This document shows positions 59,373 through 64,000 of a stretch of DNA of 64,000 nucleotides, piece by piece. Positions within the stretch are counted from its first letter, which is position 1. Every line of letters starts with the position of its first letter. Source of the stretch: Vicinamibacterales bacterium (lineage in GTDB: Bacteria; Acidobacteriota; Vicinamibacteria; Vicinamibacterales; UBA8438); NCBI GenBank assembly GCA_965207675.1, contig CBDBMY010000011.1:1950171-2014170 (forward strand), given 5' to 3'. Under the pieces are notes generated by a model. The model did not search any database. It worked only from the letters and a program-made list of their open reading frames with translations, and was not told the DNA's origin. Made by a program: the position numbers and the translations under genes.

Positions 59373-61169
59373 CCGGAGCCAAGCTGGGCGCGACGCTGGC
59401 CGTGCTCGGGCTGGCCCTCGCCCCGGCCCTGGCCGAGGCGCAGGCTCCGGCCGGAACGCTGCCGGCCCCCGCGGCGCAGGCGCCCGCGGCCGCCGACTTC
59501 GTCCCCGTGACCGACGACATGCTCCAGGACCCGGCCCCGGAAGACTGGCTGACGTGGCGGCGCACCCTCGACGCCTGGGGCTACAGCCCCCTCGACCAGA
59601 TCGACCGGTCGAACGTCGGCGACCTGCGCATGGCGTGGACGCGGGCCCTGACGCCGGGCAGCCAGCAGGGCACGCCCCTCGTCTACCGCGGCGTGCTCTA
59701 CATGCCGAACCCCGGCGACGTCATCCAGGCCATCGACGCGGCGACCGGCGACCTCGTGTGGGAGCACCGGCGCGACCTGCCCGAGGACATCTACGACCAC
59801 GTCGGCCGGCTCGCCGTCACCAACCGCAACCTCGCCATCTACGACCGGCTCATCATCGACACCAGCGCCGACAACTTCGCCTTCGCCCTCGACGCCCTGA
59901 CCGGCGAGCTCGGTCTGGGAGACCCGCATCCTCGACTACCGCACCCGTCCCGCGACGCACAGCGCGGGTCCGATCATCGCCGGCGGGAAGGCGATCTCGG
60001 GACGGAGCTGCCGGCCCGCCGGGGGGCCGGAGGCCTGCGTCATCACCGCCCACGACGCCCTCACCGGTGCCGAGCTGTGGCGCCGGCGCACCACCCCGGC
60101 CCCCGGCGAGCCCGGCGACGAGACGTGGGGCGCGGTGCCCGACGCCGAGCGCAAGCACGTCGGGAGCTGGATGCCCCCGAGCTACGACCCCGAGCTGAAC
60201 CTGATCTACGCCGGCACGTCGGTCACCTCGCCCGCCCCCAAGTTCATGCTCGGCGGCGCCGACCTTGCGCACCTGTACCACAACTCGACCCTCGCGCTGG
60301 ACGCCGACACCGGGGAGATCGTCTGGTACTACCAGCACCTGAACGACCACTGGGACCTCGACCACCCGTTCGAGCGGATGCTGCTCGACACCGCGGTCGC
60401 CCCCGACCCCGACGCGGTGGACTGGATCAACCCGCGGCTGCGGCCCGGCGAGGTTCGCCGCGTCATGACCGGCGTGCCCGGCAAGACCGGTGTCGTCTAC
60501 ACCCTCGACCGCGAGACCGGCGAGTTCCTCTGGGCCACCCCCACCATCGCCCAGAACGTCATCACCCACATCGACGGCGCCACCGGCGCGGTCACCGAGA
60601 ACGGCGAGGTCACCTTCAGCGCCCTCGGGCAGGAGATGCTCGTCTGCCCCACCTGGGCCGGCGGGCGCGGCTGGCAGTCCGGGGCCTACAGCCCCTTGAC
60701 GCGGGCGATGTACTTCCCCATGCGCAACACCTGCGCGCGCATGCTGTCGACGCTCGACAGCGGCCTGCGCACCTACGCGCTGGCCGCCCGCCACCAGCTC
60801 GCGCCCGGCACCGACATGCTCGGCACGGTGCGCGGAATCTCCGTGGAGACCGGCGAGACGACCTGGCTCTACGAGCAGCGCGCCGCCACCTGGTCGCTCG
60901 TCGCCACCGGCGGCGGGCTCGTGTTCGGCGGCGACGTCAACGGCCGCTTCCGCGCGTTCGACCACAAGACCGGCGCGGTGCTGTGGGAGATCAACCTCGG
61001 CTCGCCGGTCACCGGCTACCCGATCACCTTCGCGGCCCACGGCCGGCAGTACGTCGCGGTCAGCACCGGCAGCGCCGCCCAGTCGTCCACCCAGCTCCGC
61101 ATCACCCCCGAGCTGCGGCCGAGCGCGGGGAACAACCTGTTCGTGTTCTCACTGCCGGGGAGCCCGTAA
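59369..61169 (+). CDS. Exported PQQ-binding beta-propeller protein, with a single-base frameshift near 59912
   Basis: GTG start overlaps upstream stop (GTGA); close paralog of 38862..40656; removing one G restores GELVWETRILDY. Confidence 0.85.
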
Positions 61170-61312
61170 TGGAACCCATCAAGCAGGCCGAGCAGGACAA
61201 TCTGACCGCAAAGCGTCCCACGCTGGCGACCGTCTTGTCCCGATTGACGCGGCTGGACGAGGACTTCCCCGAGATCGACGATCCGCCGGTCCGGCCGGAG
61301 GACACTCTCTGA
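61169..61312 (+). pseudogene. VapB-like antitoxin C-terminal fragment (47 aa)
   Basis: LATVLSRLTRLDEDFPEIDDPP resembles VapB C-termini; no DNA-binding N-terminus, no toxin downstream. Confidence 0.45.
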
Positions 61313-61379
61313 CGTGCCGTCGTCGCCGTCGGCCCGGAACGCCGTTCACCTCGCACCGCCCGAAGGACCGCGGCGCGGG

Positions 61380-63344
61380 TCAGTTCGGCGAGAGCGACGG
61401 CATCAGCTCCTCGAACCAGTTGACGACGACGTAGATCCGGCCCGGCGGCTCGTCTTCGGCCGCCGCGGAGGCGGGGGTCAGCGTGTAGGCCAGCGTCCCG
61501 TTGTCGGACATGGTGTTGCCGGTCACGGTGTCGCCGGAGGCGTCGAAGAAAAGGGGCACAGGGTCGCCGGTCGTCGCCGGCGTCTCCGGATCGACGCCGA
61601 TCGCGAGCAGCGAGCCGCGGTCGCCGTAGAGGAGGTAGCCGGCGCCGAGGTAGCCGAGAGCGAGGGCCGGCTCGAGCACCAGCCGGACATCGCCGCTCGC
61701 GGGCGAGTAGACGGCCACCCTGCCGTCCTCCAGGGCGGATCCGGCACCCAGGATCGTGAACACCAGCTCGTCGCGGCCGGGCACGGCGAGCGGCCAGAGG
61801 TGGGCGCGGTCGCCCCGCGGCTCGTCGAGCCGGGTCAGGGCGCGCGGCGTCCCCCCGGCCGCGGACACCCGCATCAGGCCGCTCCCGCCCTCGCTCGACA
61901 GCATGGAGTAGACGATGGTGTCGTCCCTCAGCCACGCGGCCTTGCTGTACAGCCGCCGCTCCCCATCCAGGATGGTGTAGGGAGTGCCGCCCGAGAGGGG
62001 CACTCGGTTGAGGGTCCATCGCTCGCCGTCCTGGAGCTGGAACACGAGGCTCTCGCCGTCCGGCGCAATCGCCACCGGCCCCATCGCGCCCTCGGTGCCG
62101 GGAATCGGCGTCGCGTCGAAGGCGTCGAGGGCCCGGGCGTGGAGCCGCGTCCCGTCGCGGTCCTCGACGCCGTAGACGACGTGGCGCCCGTCCGGCGAGA
62201 CCGCGAGGGCGCCGGTGAGGGACTGGCCCGGGGCGAGGTCGATGGTGAAGCGCTGCACGGGGAGCGGCGGCGCGTCGGCCGCCGGCTTCAGCGTCCAGGC
62301 CGCGACCGCGGTCACCGCCGCGGTGACGACGAGGGCGAGAGCGAAGCGCCATCCCGCCCCGGTCACGGCTCGTTGGTGGCCGACGGCACCTTTCACGACA
62401 TCGACGGCCCGGCCGCCCGGAGCGGGAGCCGCCGCGCCGGCCGGTGCCGCATCGGGCTCGTCCGCTTCGCCGGTCGGGTCGATCCACTGAAGCTCGCGCT
62501 TGAGGTCGCGCATCGTCTGCCAGCGGTCCTCGGGATCCTTGGCGAGGCAGGTCCTCACCACCCGGTCGAGCCGCCGCGGGATGCCCGGCTCGATCGCCCG
62601 GAGGGAGACCGGCGCGTCCTTCAGAATCGCGCCGATGACGCTCGCCTGGCTGTCGGCGTCGAACGGCCGCCGCCCCGACACCATCTCGTAGAGGGTGGCG
62701 CCGAACGAGAAGACGTCCGACCGCGCGTCGGCCGGCTTGCCGTCGAGCTGCTCGGGCGACATGTAGTGCAGGGTGCCGAGGATGCTCCCCTCCATGGTCA
62801 GGGCGGTGTGCGTCGGCGCCGACGTCAGCGGCCCCGGCGGGCCGGCCTCGTGCTGCTTGGCGAGGCCGAAGTCGAGCAGCCGGACCCCGGTCGCGGTGAG
62901 CATGACGTTGCTCGGCTTCAGGTCGCGGTGCACGATGCCCTGCCGGTGCGCGGTGTCGAGGGCCTCGGCTATCTCCACGGCGACGGGCAGCGCCTCGGCG
63001 ACGGGGACGGGGCCGCGCTCGAGCCGCTGGGCGACCGTCTCGCCGTCCAGGAACTCCATGACCAGGAAGTCCATCGGCGGGCCGGCCGACGACGGCCGCT
63101 CGCGCCCCACGTCGAAGAGGGTGCAGATGTTGGGATGGTTGATGGCGCCGACCGCGCGCGCCTCGCGCTCGAAGCGCTCGCGCTGCTCGGGGCTGTCGGC
63201 GACGCGGGCGGTCAGCACCTTGACGGCGACCGTGCGGTCGAGGCGGGTGTCCGTCGCCCGGTACACTTCGCCCATGCCGCCGGCGCCGAGGGCGCCGGCC
63301 ACCTCGTAGGGCCCGAGCCGGTCGCCCGGCGCGAGTGTCGGCAT
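61380..63344 (-). CDS. Hanks-type Ser/Thr protein kinase with TM helix and shortened TolB-like C-terminus
   Basis: LGAGGMGEVY, VAVK, HRDLKPSN, DFGLAK, GTLHYMSPEQ, DVFSFG; TM; SPDG repeats; VVVNWFEEL end. Confidence 0.92.
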   Translation of the reverse strand: MPTLAPGDRLGPYEVAGALGAGGMGEVYRATDTRLDRTVAVKVLTARVADSPEQRERFEREARAVGAINHPNICTLFDVGRERPSSAGPPMDFLVMEFLDGETVAQRLERGPVPVAEALPVAVEIAEALDTAHRQGIVHRDLKPSNVMLTATGVRLLDFGLAKQHEAGPPGPLTSAPTHTALTMEGSILGTLHYMSPEQLDGKPADARSDVFSFGATLYEMVSGRRPFDADSQASVIGAILKDAPVSLRAIEPGIPRRLDRVVRTCLAKDPEDRWQTMRDLKRELQWIDPTGEADEPDAAPAGAAAPAPGGRAVDVVKGAVGHQRAVTGAGWRFALALVVTAAVTAVAAWTLKPAADAPPLPVQRFTIDLAPGQSLTGALAVSPDGRHVVYGVEDRDGTRLHARALDAFDATPIPGTEGAMGPVAIAPDGESLVFQLQDGERWTLNRVPLSGGTPYTILDGERRLYSKAAWLRDDTIVYSMLSSEGGSGLMRVSAAGGTPRALTRLDEPRGDRAHLWPLAVPGRDELVFTILGAGSALEDGRVAVYSPASGDVRLVLEPALALGYLGAGYLLYGDRGSLLAIGVDPETPATTGDPVPLFFDASGDTVTGNTMSDNGTLAYTLTPASAAAEDEPPGRIYVVVNWFEELMPSLSPN

Positions 63345-63520
63345 GGCGGCGTCAGTCCATTCGGTCGTTCGACGGGCCAGCGCCTCTCCGAGCCCCGGCG
63401 CGAACTGGCGCGTCAGGGCCCGAGCCGGTCGCCCGGCGCGAGTGTCGGCATGGCGGTTCAGCTCATCCGTCGTTCGTTCCGCCCCGCGCCTCTCCGGGCC
63501 CCCGGCGCGAAGTGGCGCGT
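63308..63520. repeat. ~107-bp tandem duplication spanning the kinase start codon
   Basis: AGGGCCCGAGCCGGTCGCCCGGCGCGAGTGTCGGCATGGCGG at 63308 and 63415, with diverged continuations. Confidence 0.85.
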
Positions 63521-63637
63521 ACGGCAGGCACGGGCCTGTCGATCGCCAGCGACGCTCGGCCGATCCGCAGAAACGCACCCGGCGCCGCGTACATCCGTTG
63601 CGGCGGCGAACACTCCCTGAACCACACGGGCTGCGTT

Positions 63638-64000
63638 CTAGTCGGAACGGAGCCCGCGCGCCCTCCGAATCCCGCCCAGCCACGCGAGCAGCAGGCCGAG
63701 CAGGCCGGCGCCCGCCGCCGGCAATGCCGGAACGGGTTGGATCGGCGTCCCCGTCGCCTCCTCCGACCACTCGCCGTCACCGCCGGCGTTGCTCGCGCGG
63801 ACGCGCACCGTGTAGGCCACGCCATTGGTCAGCCCCGGGAGCGTGGCCGAGGGCGTCTGGATGGTCTGCTGCCGCGCATCGGAGTACTCCTCCGTTCCGG
63901 ACCGCCACTGAACCGTGTAGCTGTCCGCACCCGCAACCGCCGCCCACGCCACTTCGAGCATCCCGTCCCCGGGGGTCACGACGAGCTGACCGGGCCGCGC
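63638..64000 (-). CDS. C-terminus of a surface protein: fibronectin type III domain plus IPTL-CTERM-like sorting signal (5' end beyond window)
   Basis: LEVAWAAV..YTVQW..GLTNGVAYTVRVRASNAGGDGEWS; then PVPALP + hydrophobic helix + RRAR. Confidence 0.85.
   Translation of the reverse strand, partial: ARPGQLVVTPGDGMLEVAWAAVAGADSYTVQWRSGTEEYSDARQQTIQTPSATLPGLTNGVAYTVRVRASNAGGDGEWSEEATGTPIQPVPALPAAGAGLLGLLLAWLGGIRRARGLRSD

Noticed and set aside
6350-59915. Programmed ribosomal frameshifting at the split genes
   Set aside because: No shared slippery heptamer, and both gains and losses of a base occur; error or mutation is simpler
846-63620. Many long alternative-frame or antisense ORFs (e.g. 846..3407 +, 28689..31796 +, 40740..44225 -, 40928..44776 +, 48774..52025 +, 61314..63620 +)
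   Set aside because: Arg/Pro/Gly-rich or mirror translations overlapping well-supported genes; expected from stop-codon scarcity at very high GC
1-64000. CRISPR array, tRNA/rRNA, transposase or integrase
   Set aside because: No regularly spaced repeat-spacer pattern, RNA gene signature or DDE/tyrosine recombinase motif recognised by eye; covariance searches were not run

Overview
Very GC-rich bacterial chromosome segment. The gene mix resembles Acidobacteriota (Vicinamibacteria-like), possibly a host-associated (e.g. sponge) lineage; this is inferred from gene families, not from a marker gene. The mix includes an Oar-like TonB receptor, an ADOP-type duplicated ABC permease, a Hanks kinase with TolB-like tail, several PQQ beta-propellers, and ankyrin/NHL/FN3 proteins. 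Main content: (1) Exported catabolic-type enzymes: three PQQ-propeller dehydrogenases, two lactonases, two HpcH/HpaI aldolases (one with a signal peptide), and TAT-exported PhoD-like and alpha/beta hydrolases. These are interleaved with four paralogs of an uncharacterised exported family (motifs PDLQGxW / RTSL-DPPDGRIP / ERC / WEGDTLVVET / EYACHEGN). (2) A defence-like region: a ~1390-aa N-terminal-NACHT protein with a C-terminal PD-(D/E)xK-like domain between two other P-loop ATPases, plus further ATPases, Uma2, TA modules and a pyrimidine-dimer glycosylase. (3) Ion/osmotic genes (MscK-like channel, Kef-like antiporter, PLP decarboxylase), a circularly permuted ATP-grasp/alpha-E pair and dcd. 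Six otherwise intact genes carry single-base indels in G/C runs, most likely assembly errors, and several short gene relics are present. No rRNA, tRNA, CRISPR array or transposase was recognised.
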